64,000 nucleotides of DNA from NCBI GenBank assembly GCA_013239625.1, contig MU053934.1, positions 7,523,352 to 7,587,351 on the forward strand. Direction: 5' to 3'. The translations under genes were made by a program, and so were the position numbers. The stretch comes from Lama guanicoe. Lineage: Eukaryota. Positions within the stretch are counted from its first letter, which is position 1, and each line of letters starts with the position of its first letter. Below are positions 38,155 through 51,800 of this stretch, piece by piece. The notes under the pieces were generated by a model. It made no database searches and had not been told where the DNA came from. It worked only from the letters and a program-made list of their open reading frames with translations.

Positions 38155-41100
38155 GCCGGGCCGGGGGTGCGGGCGTGCGGGGCGCGAGGACCCCACCGAC
38201 CGGCCGCTGGGCGAGCGCTCCTAGCTGCTGGCTCCGCGGCCACCGCTCGGGCTCCCCAGCCACCAAGCCGGCGCGGCTGACGAGCTGACAGCCGCGCGCC
38301 CATTGGCCCGCTGCCTCCGGGGGCGGCGCTCCGCCCGCGACCGGCCAATGGGCGCCGGCGGCCGGCCTGCGGGGGGGAGGGGCGGGCGCGGGCGTCCGGG
38401 GGCGCCCCCTCCCCTCGGGGCTGGCGGCAGGTGGGGGGTAGGGGCCGGCTCGCGCGGCCGCGGGGTGCACCGTCTAGGCCAGGCTGGAGCTGGCTCCGGA
38501 GGCTGCTCCCTCCCGCTGTCCCTGGCTCCCCACCTCCTCCCACCAGCGCCGGTCGTCAAGGGTGGCCACACCTCTGGGGGCAGCACCCCACCAGCACACA
38601 TACTCCGCTCCAACACACACACTCAAGGGAGAGAAAGGGGGCCGGCCAACCGGCCCTTGGAGGTAGAGAAAGGCCCAGCAGCATCCATTTGTAGTGAAAG
38701 AAACGCAAACGCTCAAAGCAGAATTGTACATTCACCCATCTGGTAACTCTTCACTGAGCACCTACTGTGTGCCAAGCACTGGCAATGCTGGGGCGAAGAA
38801 GCCAGGCAGGAAAAAAATCATTTAAAATTCTACGTTAGAAACAAAAGAGCTTTTTACCACTCCTCAAAGGACAATGGCCCATAAGTGTGCTTGTCATAGG
38901 ACAGGCATAGGACCCCCATCATCTGGAAGGGGCGCTTTTTGCGGTCAGTCCAGCCAGTGCAGCCCACCTTCTGGCTGACCTCTTATCCAGGAAAGTTTGA
39001 TGCCCCCCAGGATGCGAGGCCTGTGGCCTCCCCAGGGCCAGTTCCCGGAGTTGTTGTGGGCTTGGGGGCAGGGGCAGCAAGCATCGGACCATTCAGCCCA
39101 AGAATTGCTCTGGCCTGACCTGTAGTCTACACCTGACTTCTTTGGGGCCTGGACCTGAGACCCGGGCCGGGAGGCGCGCCTGGAAACAAATAGCCCTTCT
39201 CAGCCCCAGGCAGGACGCTCGCTTTAAGGGAAGAAAGTTCAGCAAACCCCAAGGCCCATCTCCTTGACAACCACCAATAAGAGCTCCTTTTTTCTTCTCC
39301 TGCTCTCCAGGCCTGCCTCAAAGACAAGACTTTCCTCTTTTTGTCTACTCTGCTTGTACCGGTCCACACCCAACTTTCCTCTTCACCCCAGCTCCCTTCC
39401 CTGCCCCCCAACACGCACTCACACGTATACCCTCCAACACACACCCTCAGGCAAACAGACACAGGCTCTCACACACACTCACACTCACACACATCCTCAC
39501 AGACACACACCCTCACACATACTCACACACTTCAAACACACAGCCTCTCAGACACAGACACATGACCACACACACACTCGCACTACCTTCTGCAGGTGTC
39601 CAGCCGCCCTTGCTCCCAATCTGACTTCATGTCACAAGCAGCTTGCGGCACTGGCCTAGTGCCTGAGGCAAGGGGTCTCCCATATGGAGGGGACCAGGGA
39701 GGGCCAACCTTACTCCCATTACTCCAGACATCTCCTCCTCCATGGTTGATCCTGGCAGGTGGCTTAATTTGGAAGACCCCATTATCAAGCTTTATTTTTG
39801 CCCTCCTCATGGTGCGGCTTTGGGTTTCCGGGAGAGAAATCTCCCTGGGAACCACAAATGCTCTTGTGCAAGAAATGTGAATTTGGGGAGACAGGCCCTT
39901 TCAGGGGGCTCTAGCCCGACTAGAAACAGCACTCTTTAATGTGTCTGTGCATCAGAGGCCCCTCACCCCTGGCCAGCACCCCCCAAGTTTAATGGTAGCA
40001 GGGCATTTTCTTCCAGACTCTGTTTCCCCAAATCAAGGAGGGAAAGGAAGCAGGGTGGTGGCCTGTTAGACTGTGACTCCCAGAACCCCGAGGCAGCTCT
40101 CACTCAGATCAAGTTCTGGTCGGCGGCCTGCCCCTCTGAGGTGTACAGGGAACAAGTGCTTCCTTCCAGAAGGCGATCATGGTTTGTGCAGAGGAGCCAG
40201 GGAGCTGGGAGAAGGGAGGTGGAGAGACACTCATCATCCCTCCATGAATGCCTTCCCCAAGAAGGTGGTAGAGAAAGAGGCGGTCACTTCTGCCCCGGAG
40301 CACATGACCTAGAGTTTGGCACCAAGTATGAGAGGAGATTTCTGAGATGGACGAGACAACGCATAAAGTCCCACGGGAGAAGGTGGGGACCGAGGAGTGG
40401 ATGTTCTCGAAGTACCTGGCGAACTGTAAAGCGTTGCATGTGTGTGGCGGTGACAGATGGAGAGTTGCTCACAGAGACTGGTGTCTGTGCCACTGGGAGG
40501 GGCTGGAGGGGTGAGCACCTGGATGCCTGGACTCTGGCAAGGGGTGTCTTGCAGCCTCTGGAAACAGTTGGGTGAATAGAGGCCCAGGCACGAATCGGGC
40601 AGTCACTTTGGGAGGGACATCTGTTGGCTCCCCGTCATCTTCCAAACAATCCAGGAACACTTGGTGAGGCTAACAAGGCCCCCTTTGCCCTTCCCAGTGA
40701 ACCTATCCTCACCAAACCACTGGCCAGGAGGGCCCACAGGCATCCTGTTTTCACACCTCCTGCGAGGCCAGGAACACCCTCATTGCCCTTCTTCACAAGG
40801 CTCACCCCTCCTCTTCTGCCCACCCCCTCAACCCCTGCCCCCAAGCAGGGTGTAGGGCCTCCTTTGGGCTCCTACAAACCCTGGGGCTTTCCCATCAGAG
40901 TCCAGCTCACCCTGGGTCTCACGTCTCTCTCCTCCCAGACTGGGGGTTCCCAAAGGTGGGGCTCACAGCTGATCCAAGTCTGGAATCAGCTCCAGATGGG
41001 ACCTTGGGGAGTGAATCCAGCCGCCCACCCTCTCCTGGCTGCCTCCACCCTCCGTGCCCCGCGGGGAAGCTGGGCTGGCCAGCAGGACCGCTGTCCTCCG

Positions 41101-43589
41101 GGGCCCTTTGGCTTCCTCTGGTGACACCTCGTGGAGGTCTGAGGAGCAGCAAAGGGGAGTGGAGAGGGGGAGGGCGGCTCTTCCTTCCAGACACGCAGCC
41201 TCTGCCGCCCTGACTCCAGCCTGCTGACCCCTTGTTCTCAGCATAAGCATACCTTAACTTTTTAAAAAATTCCCCTCAGGAAGAATTCGCTTGATTAATA
41301 ACAGTTGCGAAAGTTCTTTGAGAAAATAAAGTTCCCTGCAAGCATAAAATGTCATTACAGGGAGGTTAAGCCTCAATCTGGATGACTTTAGAGGCTTTTG
41401 TCATCCTCCCTTATTAAAAATGAACTTTTATAATAACACTGCTTCATTTTTGCACACTTCTTTAGACCTCTGAGGCTATTTTTTTTTTGCAATCACTTGA
41501 ACCCCACTTATCAAATGAGGGTCTCAGTCCCCAGGAGCTCTGTGCATCTCTAGCTCACGTTCCATGCTGCTCTGAAATGACTCGCCTGAGAATCAGCATT
41601 CGGGGTATTCTGACCTATGGGCTGCCTCCTTCTCCACGTATGACATAGGTACCATGTATGGAGTGTTTGTGTGCCTAGCACGGTGCTCAGATAGTCTATG
41701 GGTTACACCATCTATCCTGAGAGGTAGAAACTGCTACCACCTCCACTTTACACCTGAAAAAATGAAGACTCAGGCCACTTGCCCAGGACCACAGAGCTAG
41801 CAAATGGCAGATGTGGGATCCGAACCCAGGGCCGTGTGACTTCCAAAGATGCACTCTAAACCATCACCTGTTCATAAAATTCACTCACAAGGTCAAAAGG
41901 CATTAGGGCGCTCCTCACTGTAATGGGATAGGTTTTACTCTTTCAGTTTCACTATTGAGAAAAGCAGCCAAATTCTAACAGTTCACAGTTCATGTGGTTG
42001 ATTTCAGGTACTACCCAGTTTCATGTTCTCCCATCTTTCTAACATGTCCAAAAAAATTCCCTCATCTAGGATGGTGATACTTCACTCTAGGTCCTGGGTG
42101 GGGTTGTGTAGAAGTGGGAAGTGGGGGTGACATGACACACACACATGCCCCACCATCCCCTCTGGACTGACTAGGCTGCAAGGCCGTAGATGCGTCCACA
42201 GGCAAAGCTGCGAACGAGTCCTGGAGACAGCCCAGCCCACTCACCTCGTTTCATGGGGAGGGAAACCTCGGCCCAGCCCCACAGATCTGCTGCCTCTTGA
42301 ACGTGTCCACGGCACCTCAAACTTGCCAAGTGGGCTGTCAGCCACTCTTGCCTAAGCCTGCTCCTCCCAGGCCTCCCAGGCCTCCCAGCCTCAGGGCTGG
42401 CACCTCTCACCTCTCTCCACCCCACACACCAAGCCCTGTGGATGTCATACACCCTCTCCTCTCCATCTCCTGGGCCACCAGCTGTCACTTGAATGACCCC
42501 ACAGAGGCTCAAACCCATATGCATAAGGGTAGCTGGAGTCGGTGCTCAAAGGCTGACCTGATCTCTCTGCTCCTTGCTGCCTAAAGGACAAAGTCCACTC
42601 AGGGCCATGGTACACGGGTCCACCCTCTGCCTGGTAAAGTCCTGCTTGCCCTCCACTCTATGCTGCTTCACACCTCTGAGCACAGCGCGCTCCATTCCCT
42701 CCTCTCATGATGCCCTTCCCCAAGCTGTGTGCCTGTCAGAACCAGGCTGAAGGTACCCTGTCCTTACAGCTCACACCCTGCTCAGGGCCTTGATGATTGC
42801 ATCCAGCTGCCCACTTTCTCCTGGCCACCTCCATCCTCTGTGCCCCCAGAGGAAGCTGGGCCGGCCAGCTGGACTGCCATCCTCAGGTGCCCAGAATGGT
42901 GACTTGGGGCCCTTTGTCCTACACGATCCCCCACCAAACCTGACCCTGGTTCAGCTTTGAAATCTGAAACTCATCGGTTAGTGGATCTGTCTCTTACTCA
43001 GGTCAAGATGTTGGGGTGTGCAGGTTAGTTAGACTTCTTGACCACTGTGTGTCCCTTCTAGACCTCAACCCAAGGCCTCAGTGGTAAACAGGTGGCTCTG
43101 GCTGGGCCGTTCACTGTATTTCATGCCCCTGGCTGTAAAATTGGATCAGGCAAGGGCATGTGAGTAAATCAAGCCAATCAGATCTCTTCCCTGGGATTCT
43201 CCAAGAGGGGCTGGTGGGGAGTGCATATGGGCATAGAGCAGCAAGGGTAGATGTCAGAGCTGCCTGTCACTGTGGTTCTCCCATGGGATGGAGAGCTGGC
43301 CTGAGAGAATGGATCCACCAATCAGAGGGAAGCAAAGGGAAGAGATGGGGAGGGAAAAAGAAGAGAGAGAGAGAGTTGGGGGTGGGGAAGGAGGGACCAG
43401 GCAGTGTTTGACGCCCTGGATGAGTCATTCTTTCTGCTCTTAAGACAGTTATGCTGGTTTCTGTCTCTTACAGCCAAACTAGTCCTGCTTAATCAGTGTG
43501 CAGGATTGGGGGATGTCTCCATGATATGACACCATTTACAAATACAGGTGCCAGGTCTTGTTCTAAACACTACATATATTTTAAAACAT

Positions 43590-44302
43590 ATTTTATTGAA
43601 GTGTAGTTGATTTGCAACGTTGTGTTAGTTTCTGGTGTGATGTATGTGTCACAGCACAGTGATTCAGTTATACATATATATATATTCTTTTTCATATTCT
43701 TTTCCATTATAGGTTACTACAAGATATTGAATATAGTTCCCTGTGCTGTACAGTAGGACCTCATTGTTTATCTATTTTATATATAGTAGTTAGTATCTGC
43801 AAATCCCAAACTTTAATTTATCCCTCCTGGTCTCCCTTCCCCCGAGTAACCAGAAGTTTGTTTTCTATGTCTGTGGTTGTTTCTGTTTTGTAAATAAGTT
43901 CATTTGTGTCATTTTTTTAGCTTCCACATAGAAGGGATATCATATGATATTTGTGTTTCTCTGTCTGACTTACTTCACTTAATATGATAATCTCTAGGTC
44001 CATCCATGTTGCTGCAAATAGCATTATTTCATTCTTTTTAACGGCTGAGTAGTATTCCATTGTGTATGTATACTATATCCTCTTTAACCATTCATCTGTC
44101 GATGGACATTTATGTTGCTTCTATGTCCTGGCTGTTGCAATAGTGCTGCTGTGAACACTGGGGTGTATATATCATTTTGAATTAGAGTTTTCTCCAGATA
44201 TATGCTCAGGATTGGGATTGCTGGATCATATGGCAACTCCATTTTTAGTTTTTTAAGGAATCTCCATAGCCTTTTCCATAGTGGCTGAGCCAAATTACAT
44301 TC
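43590..44302 (-). mobile_element. 5'-truncated LINE-1 3' end
   Basis: ORF 44084-44350 contains QPLWKRLWRFLKKLKMELPYDPAIPIL. Same 3' UTR type as the other L1 copies. TSD-like flanks CTAAACACTACATATATT / CTAAATGCTGCATATATT. Confidence 0.95.
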
Positions 44303-45399
44303 TTGCCTACTAAATGCTGCATATATTATTTCATGAAATCTCACGACCACCCCATGGGGTAGGTGCTGTTGCCCTCATTTATAGCTGTGGAATGCAATAC
44401 AGAGAGGTTAGGCAACTTGCCCAAGGTCATAAAGCAGAGCCAGGCACCAGTGAATGAATGAATGAATGAATGGGAAGTATTGCCCTTGGTCACCCAGGCA
44501 ATCAGAGTCAGGATGAGAAGGAGCTGTGGACTCTTGATTCCAGTCTTCCTTGCTCATCCCTCTGTCCTGGAGTCTTAGATGTCCCATGATGAGGTGGAGG
44601 GAAATAACAGGCTGGACCTGAACCTACGCTCAGCTACGTACTTGCTGTGTGTCCTTGGGCAAGCCACTGCACCTCTCTGTGACTCAGTATCTTCACCCAC
44701 AAAATGGAGCTAATAGTGCCTACCACACAGAGTAGGTGTAAGACTCTCATGGAAAGTGCTGGGCACAGGGCATTGACACCATGGCAGTCAGGTAGTTCAT
44801 TCATTCCAAGGATGTTTACCGAGCACCTGCCTCATGCCAGACTCTGTTTTCAGTGTTAAGGGTACATGAGTGAGTAGGTCGGACATTCCCTGCTCTCAGG
44901 GAGCTCACAGTCCATTTGAGGGAGACTGACAAGAAACAAGAAAAGCCTAAGGTGGTGAAAAGGGCTATGCAGAGAACGAACACAGGGTGGAGGGATCAGC
45001 TGATGGCGGGGTGGGGAACCATGAAGGTGGGGGCAGTCAGGCAAGGTCGTGGGGAGCTGGTACTTGTGTCAGGACCTGAATATCAAAAGAAGCCACCTGT
45101 CAGGTTGGGATGGGGGCAGGGATGGGAGAGTGGCATTAGATAGAAAGAGACAAAAACTCGATCCCTTCCACCAGTTACTCCACCTCCACAGATTTATTTC
45201 AAAGCAGTGATCAGAGACATAAGGAAAGATTTAGGCAGAACACTGTTCCACTCAGTGTTGTTTATAACGGCCAAAAATGAGGGTCAGCTTAGGCTGGTTA
45301 AAAATATATGTTGAACTTATGCAAGGGAATACATAGCTAATTAAAAATCAATTCTCAAAGAGAATTGAATGCTTATGATGAATTTGAATGAGATGAGAG

Positions 45400-45972
45400 A
45401 AAACAGGTTGTGTATGTGTTGAGTAAAACTTGAAAAGCATGCTGAACAAAAGAAGCCAGACAAAAGAGTACATCATTGTGTGTGATTCCATCCCTGTATA
45501 GTTCTAGGACAGGCAAAATCAGTCCATCGTCGAAGACATCAGACCAGTGATTGCCTGAGTTATGGAGATAGGGCAATTGGCAGGAAGGGCAAGTGGAAAT
45601 TTTGGGAGTGTTGTAGATGTTCTTCCCTGGATTGTGGTGGAAATTACCCACTTGTGTGCGTTTGTCAAGTTTCCTTCAATGGTGCAGCAACTTTGGAAAA
45701 CAGTACGGCAGTTTCTCAAAAAATTAAACAGAGAATTACAATATGATTCAGCAATTCCGCCTCTAGGTGTATAGTCAAAAGAATTGAAATCAGGGACTTG
45801 AACCAATAAAAATATGCCCATGTGATAGCAGCATTATTCACAATAGTCAAAAGGTGGAATCCATTCACAGGTAAACAGACAAACAAAATGTGATCTATAC
45901 ACGGAATAGAATATCATTCAGCCTTAAAAGGGAATGAAATTCTGATATATGTTACAACATGGATGAACCTTG
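45400..45972 (+). mobile_element. Older LINE-1 (L1M-type) fragments: 3' UTR piece and ORF2-end piece
   Basis: Translation QLWKTVRQFLKKLNRELQYDSAIPPLGV, followed by ATTCAGCCTTAAAAGGGAATGAAATTCTGA...ACAACATGGATGAACCTTG. Confidence 0.85.
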
Positions 45973-48900
45973 CTCAAACATTTCCTCCCGGGCTAATTGG
46001 TGGCAGCAATTGTAGACAATCAGGAGGCGATGATGCTGGTCAGCAACATCCCACGGAGGGTCTCCCAGGATCTAGGAAGAAGTCAAGGGCTCTTGTCCCA
46101 GAGACCCATGGCTTTCCCACCCTCTAGGGACTTGCCCCAGTTTGCCATTTGAATGGAAGATGCCAGCCCTTCTCTGGTCCTAGGTCTACGGTAGTTCACT
46201 CCAAGAATGTCCCCAACCCAAAGGAGGAAGAGCTTGTATGAGCATGATACAGGTCTCCCCAGGCCGCCCACGCCAGGCTGCAGGCAGATGCAGCTCCCAC
46301 GCACAATGAGCCATTGTGGCATTCTTCCCAGACACCCTTATCTCCCAGGAATGTTGGGGGAGGGAAGGAGATTGGCCGAAGAGAGCTTGACCAGGGGACT
46401 CGCGCTCTCCTGCTCTGCCCCAAGGTCAGCTGTGCTCTTGGATAACTAGCCTCACAGGGCAGGCCAGGGTGACACTGACAATGAACACTTGTGCAGACTG
46501 TTAAGCTTTCCCAGACTCATTCACAGTCATCACCTCACTGGATCCTCACAGTCAACGGCTGAGATCACGGGCAGATGGAGAAACTGAGTCCAGGTAAAGT
46601 TAAATACCCATTGCTGTAGGCTGCGTTGGTCCCACCTAAACTGTTAGAGAAAGGACAGACACTATTAGTTGCTGTGTTATTGCCCAAAAGAGATGGAGGA
46701 GGATTCATTTCCTTTAGCAAGAAATTGACTGAACAATGACTTCCTGTGTAGACACTAGGGACACAGGAAGAGGCCTGGCCCCTTCCCGTGATGAGGTCTC
46801 ACTAGAGAGGGAGGCTCGGCACATACATTTTGCAGGAAGTGGCTGAGATCCTGGCCAGAGGGCCCTGCCTCTCAAAGTTACCTTTGTTCCTTTTTGCTAT
46901 ACTGCAAGTCTCCTGCAACTGACCACGTGAATTGGTTTTACACTTAAGTAGACACAACTTTGTAACCAGCTGGGTGTCCTCAGGGAAGTTCCTCAGCCTC
47001 TCTGAGCTTCAGCTTCCCCATGTGTACAATGACAATGAGAAGCTCTCATCATATGTGCTCAGAGAGGGAGAGATGAGAAGACATGTAAAGTTCTTAGCAT
47101 GGTTTGTTGGCATACAGCTGGCACTCAATAAATACTGATATAAATTTTAGACAGGATAGAGGAAGCGCCAAGACGCACATGTAAAGAAAAGTGTAGGGAG
47201 TGCCAGCCTGGGCGGGATGAGGAGCTTGGTTGTGAAAGAATGTGGCTCTGAATAACTTAAACCACACAAGAGCTATTGGAAGGAGGTGGGTGTTGTACTG
47301 AAAACAAGAAAGGACAACTAAAACACAGTCCTCAGAAGAAACAGGACCAAGGTGGCTTAGGGATTCAAGTAGCAGGAGCTGGGGTCTTGCTCTCCGAGTA
47401 CAAGATGAATCAGCTCCAGCGAGTCTCTGTCCCTGAGTCAAGATTCAGGTTCCCAGGAATGAGGTTAGTGGGTAATGTGTCCGTCCGAGGTGGGGTGATT
47501 TGGGTGCCTGGCTTGATGCGCCCACTAGGCTGCAGGCTACAGGAGGTTGGGGAGTGTCTAAAGGAGGTGCCAGAGCCAGACTGCAGATGTCGGCACTAGG
47601 AGAGAAGGAAGAAGAAAGGAAACCTCTGCCGAGAACACGTTGTGTGCCCTCAGGAGGGCTTCTTGGAGGAGGTGGCATTGGCACTAGGCCTAGAAGAGCA
47701 GGGAGAATGCCACACTCCAAGGGCATGGGGGATAGGGAAAATAATGCTGTCCTCTGCCACCATGGTGTACCCAGGAAGGACTTGCTGAAGGATGCTGCTT
47801 CACTTTAGCTTAGGGGACAGTGGCAATTTTGGCAGTGCCTTCCCTGCCAAACCAATGACTGGGCTTCAACTTCCTCTTTGGGATTCTGGTCCTGGATAAT
47901 TGATTCCATAGAACTCAGTAAGAAAAAGTCATCAAACCACTGAGCTTTTGTTTGGGTGACATTCTGTTAGAGTGACAAGTGTTCAGGCATTCATCAAACA
48001 TTTGCAAAGCACTCACTATATGCTGAGGACTATTCTGGGCACAGCTGCTGCCCTGCAGGAGCTTAGAATCTAGTCGGGGATAGAATTAGTAGATGATTAC
48101 TTCTAGAGAGACATTTGAGGCCTGTGCAAGGTGCTGTTTTAAGATAAAAGAGGGAGGTATCAACTCAGCAGTTCTGGCTGGGTGGGGAGAGGGTGTGTGA
48201 GAGGGTAACTTTCACAGAAGAGGTAAGTTGGATTTTGTAGGATGCATAGGAGTTCAACAGGTAGCTGGAGGATGAAGAGCATTCCAAGTGGAGGGACTGG
48301 TGCAAAACATCCTGGGAAGCAGAGGGAACTGCAAATAGTTTGGTGGGCCTGGAGGCAAAGGTGTGGAACAGAGGGAGGCCAGTCTGGCTACCCAGGCGCT
48401 ATGACTTCATCTTGGAGGTGCTGGGGGCCATAGGAAGGCTCCAGGCAAGCACATTTGTGCTCTAGAAAGATCCCTCTGGCCTGGGTGGCATTTGTTAAGG
48501 CATTTGTTTCACCCCCACCGCGAGTCTTCTCAGCAGGTGGCTTTCTCTGAGAGCAAAGGCCTGCTACTCTGGGAGACCAGGGTCAAATCCAATTGGGAAC
48601 CACCTCACTCTATATATACCCCATCCTTTTGGAGAGTTGTCCCAGCTATTGGCATAGTAGAGGCTCTGGAAATTCCTGTAGCAGAGACATCCCAGGTGTT
48701 TGCTTGGCCCAGTGTACCCCACAGGGATTTGGTCACATTCCCTCACCTCCTTTATATTAACCAAGCAGCACCTCTTAAGATTCTTTGGCACACTCTTTGA
48801 GAAACAGCCTAGACACTTTTTGATCCCAGGGATTTGAAAAAAAACTAGTTTCAATTAAACTGTGGGGCCCTTAACCTCTGTGGACCCCAGAGCCTCAGAT

Positions 48901-49972
48901 CCCTAGTCTTCCCTTGCCTTTGGCAATGGAAACCTGATTCCAGGGGCTCCCTTTTGAAGCCAGAGGAAGGGCTGGGAGAATCCAGTGAAGGCTAAGGTCA
49001 GTCCCCCTTTCTGTGGGTCCCATTCACTAAGTTCTTAACACGGGCCAGCTGTTCACAACCTCACTCCATTCACAAAACACCCTTGCCAGGAAGGGGTGAC
49101 TACCCTCATTTTATAGATGGCAAAACAGGCTGGAAGAGGTTAAGTGATATGTTCAAGATGCTTCAGGGTAAAAATACCAGGAAAGCAAGTACCCAGAAGC
49201 AAACAAAGGAGGGCATTTAAATTCTTCAACTAACAAGGTAGAGTTTAGAAGTGTGAAGCAGAGTGTGTGTGTGTTGCCTAGTGGCAGGTGGCGAGGCCAT
49301 GAGTTTGAATTCTTAATAGACTAGAGTAAATGGGCAAAGGATATGAATAGGGAATTTACAGAGGAGGGATTCCTAAAGGTTAGAGAGGGTAGAGTGTTTC
49401 TGGAGAAAAAATTCTAGCTTCCGTCCTACCAAAGGAGCCAACTAGGTCAATGGGATTGACAAAACTGGAGCAGTGTTTATCTGTCAAAATTTTAAATGCT
49501 CTTTCCTTACCTCTAGGGTAGGGATTGAGTGGGAGGGCACACACAGGAGCATTCTGGGGGGGTTAGAAATGTTTTGAGTTCTGGTCTGGGTGGGACTACA
49601 GAGATATGTACCTGTGTCAAATGTATTGAACTGAATAAAGATTAGTGCATATTATGCACCTTACTCCATGTATTGTATAAAAAGGAAAAACAGAATAAAA
49701 TGCAAAACTACCTTTGACTCAACAGTTGCCCATCCAGGCATCTCTACAGAAATACTTGCTCATGAGCAGAGAGGACTGTTCCAGGATGGTCAGGACACAA
49801 TCACTAGTAACAAGGAAAACTTGAAAACAACCTAAATACCTTTTAGTAAGGGAACAGCGGAGTAAATTATGGCACAAACAACAGAATGCTAATATGAAGT
49901 CATGAAAGAGCATCTTGAAAAAATGTTCCTGCTGCATTGTGACAAAAGCAAGTTTTAAAACAAGATGAGGGT

Positions 49973-50130
49973 GGGGGAAGGGTATAGCTCAGTGGTATGG
50001 CTGCACTTGTCTACAAAGGAGGTGGTACCACTACGATGGCCACTTGAGGTCCTGGGTCCAATCCCCCAGCACCTCCATTTAAACAAACAAACAAACAAAC
50101 AAATAAATAAAGCTAATTACTCCCCCCCCT
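49973..50130 (+). mobile_element. tRNA-derived SINE (Vic-1-like, camelid type) with an internal foreign insertion
   Basis: GGGGGAAGGGTATAGCTCAGTGGTA head (A box), GGGTCCAATCCC (B-box-like), (AAAC/AAAT)n tract and CTAATTACTCCCCCC tail. Family name from recalled consensus. Confidence 0.75.
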
Positions 50131-51559
50131 CAAAAAGCACAAAAAATTATTTTAAGAAACCCAATATCTGTGATCCTGTGCTTGCAAGAAGCATAGTAAC
50201 TAAAAATCTCTCTCTCCTTGTGAAGAAAGTCTCAAAAAGCGACATCCAGTGGTGGTTTCCTCCGGGGACTGGAATTAGGCGGTCTGCATTGGGAACTCTT
50301 ACTTTTCACTGTGTACCCATCATGTGTCATGGAATTATTTTGCAATTGGTATTCCCTGCTTTCGCAATTAAAAAAAAAACCCATAAAAATGAAATTAATC
50401 AGTAGAGGCGCCTGGCACATAGTGGGCGCTTGCTACGTATTTGTTGAAGGCAGGGATTCAACTGCCCTTGGGCTGCCGTGCCTTCTGCCTCAGACTGCGT
50501 GCTCCCACTCGGGTGGGCCGGCCACGCGCGACCCTGTCTGGGCGCCAGGCCCCCGCCCCCGCAGGGGGCTCTCAGGGGCTCGAGGTGCTGCTGGAATGGA
50601 TGTTAATGGAAGCTTGAAGCCAGCGGTCACAGTTCCCTGGGGGGACAGCTCGAAGGCCAGAGCTCTGCTTCGTTGGCCCAAATTTTTATTTGTGGGGAGA
50701 TAAAGGAAAAATAAAATAAAACATTTAAAGCAACCCAGCCCTCCTTTCCAAGTCCACTGCGGGTGAATGGTGGGGCTTCGGGAGGGCGGGCCCCGGCGCC
50801 TGCATAATCTTCGGCCACAAAACAAACAAAACGGATGGCGGGGACAGAAGCACTTTGTGCGCGGCCCCTCCTCCCGCGCCGTCTCTCTCGAGTTTTATTT
50901 ACAGGCCCGTTCCTGGGCAGGGACTCTGCAAGGCCTTCATTAGTTCCACATAATGAAAGAATGGGCCGATTCAAGGGGGCTTGGGAGAAAAAAGAGGGAA
51001 AATTAGAGTTCGGTCTGCTCACTTGAAAAAAACAAAAAGAAGAAGAGGGGGTGGGTAGAAACTGTGGATTTGCTCAATGCAGCTCCGGGCAGCATTCAGA
51101 GCCTGCGGAGAGGTCCCTGCTCAATCCTCTTAGTCCAGACAATGTAGGGCCGGAGACTCGCCGGCCGGCGGCTCTCGCATTCCACCCGGGGATGGAAGGG
51201 CAGTGGGGCTGTTTAAATTGCTACTTAAGTTTCCAGCTGTTTTACCAGTGATTTGCCCAACCTAATAGCCCTTTAAGGCTTTAAACAAGAAAATAGCTCT
51301 TCTCACGACTCAAAGAAGCGGCCCTGGTTAGTTCAGACGGCGCCCATTGTCCGAGGCTTAAACCCTTCTCTGTGCGGAACCCTCCCCCCACAGCGGTCTC
51401 AGACTTTGTCCGCTTGTGGGGACTATTTATCCTTTTAACGTTCTGGTTTTCTGGGCCTCCGTCCAGAGGACTTCTAAACAAGAACTTGAGGGGACTGCCT
51501 GTCTGCTGCCTTTGGGCATCCTCCAACAAATCGGTAACAAATAGCAATAATGAGGATGA

Positions 51560-51800
51560 CCGTAGCATCTGTTTAGTGAGCACCTACTGTGTGCCAGACC
51601 TTGGGTTCTGCCCTTTGCTTCCCTCATCCCATTGCATTCTTGCACTTGTCTACAAAGGAAGTGGTACTACTACGATGGCCACTTCACAGACGGGGCACAG
51701 GCACAGAGGACAGAGTTGCTTGGCCAAGTTCACACAGGGGCATGCAGCAGGGTCAGGGATGGTCTGATTTCCAGGGTCTAGACTCTTAACTGCCACCTGC
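51560..51800. mobile_element. Decayed MIR SINE (contains the putative donor of the SINE insertion)
   Basis: GTGAGCACCTACTGTGTGCCAG...CCACTTCACAGACGGGGCACAGGCACAGAG...TTGGCCAAGTTCACACAG. Confidence 0.65.

Larger units (their letters stand above)
37580..38560 (-). promoter_or_regulatory. CpG island / SCUBE1 promoter and 5' UTR
   Basis: Very high GC and CpG density around exon 1. CCAAT boxes at 38302-38306 (minus) and 38345-38349 (plus), GC boxes (GGGGCGG) near 38320 and 38389, no TATA box seen. Confidence 0.9.

Noticed and set aside
36707..38224. 505-aa plus-strand ORF and other long ORFs overlapping the promoter
   Set aside because: They run through a C/T low-complexity tract and a CpG island, where stop codons are rare. 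The composition is S/P/L or G/R/A/P with no domain, and they are antisense to or out of frame with SCUBE1.
49981..50075. Possible tRNA gene (TAGCTCAGTGGTA ... GGTCCAATCCC)
   Set aside because: It has a SINE-type tail and no intact anticodon arm, so it is a tRNA-derived SINE.
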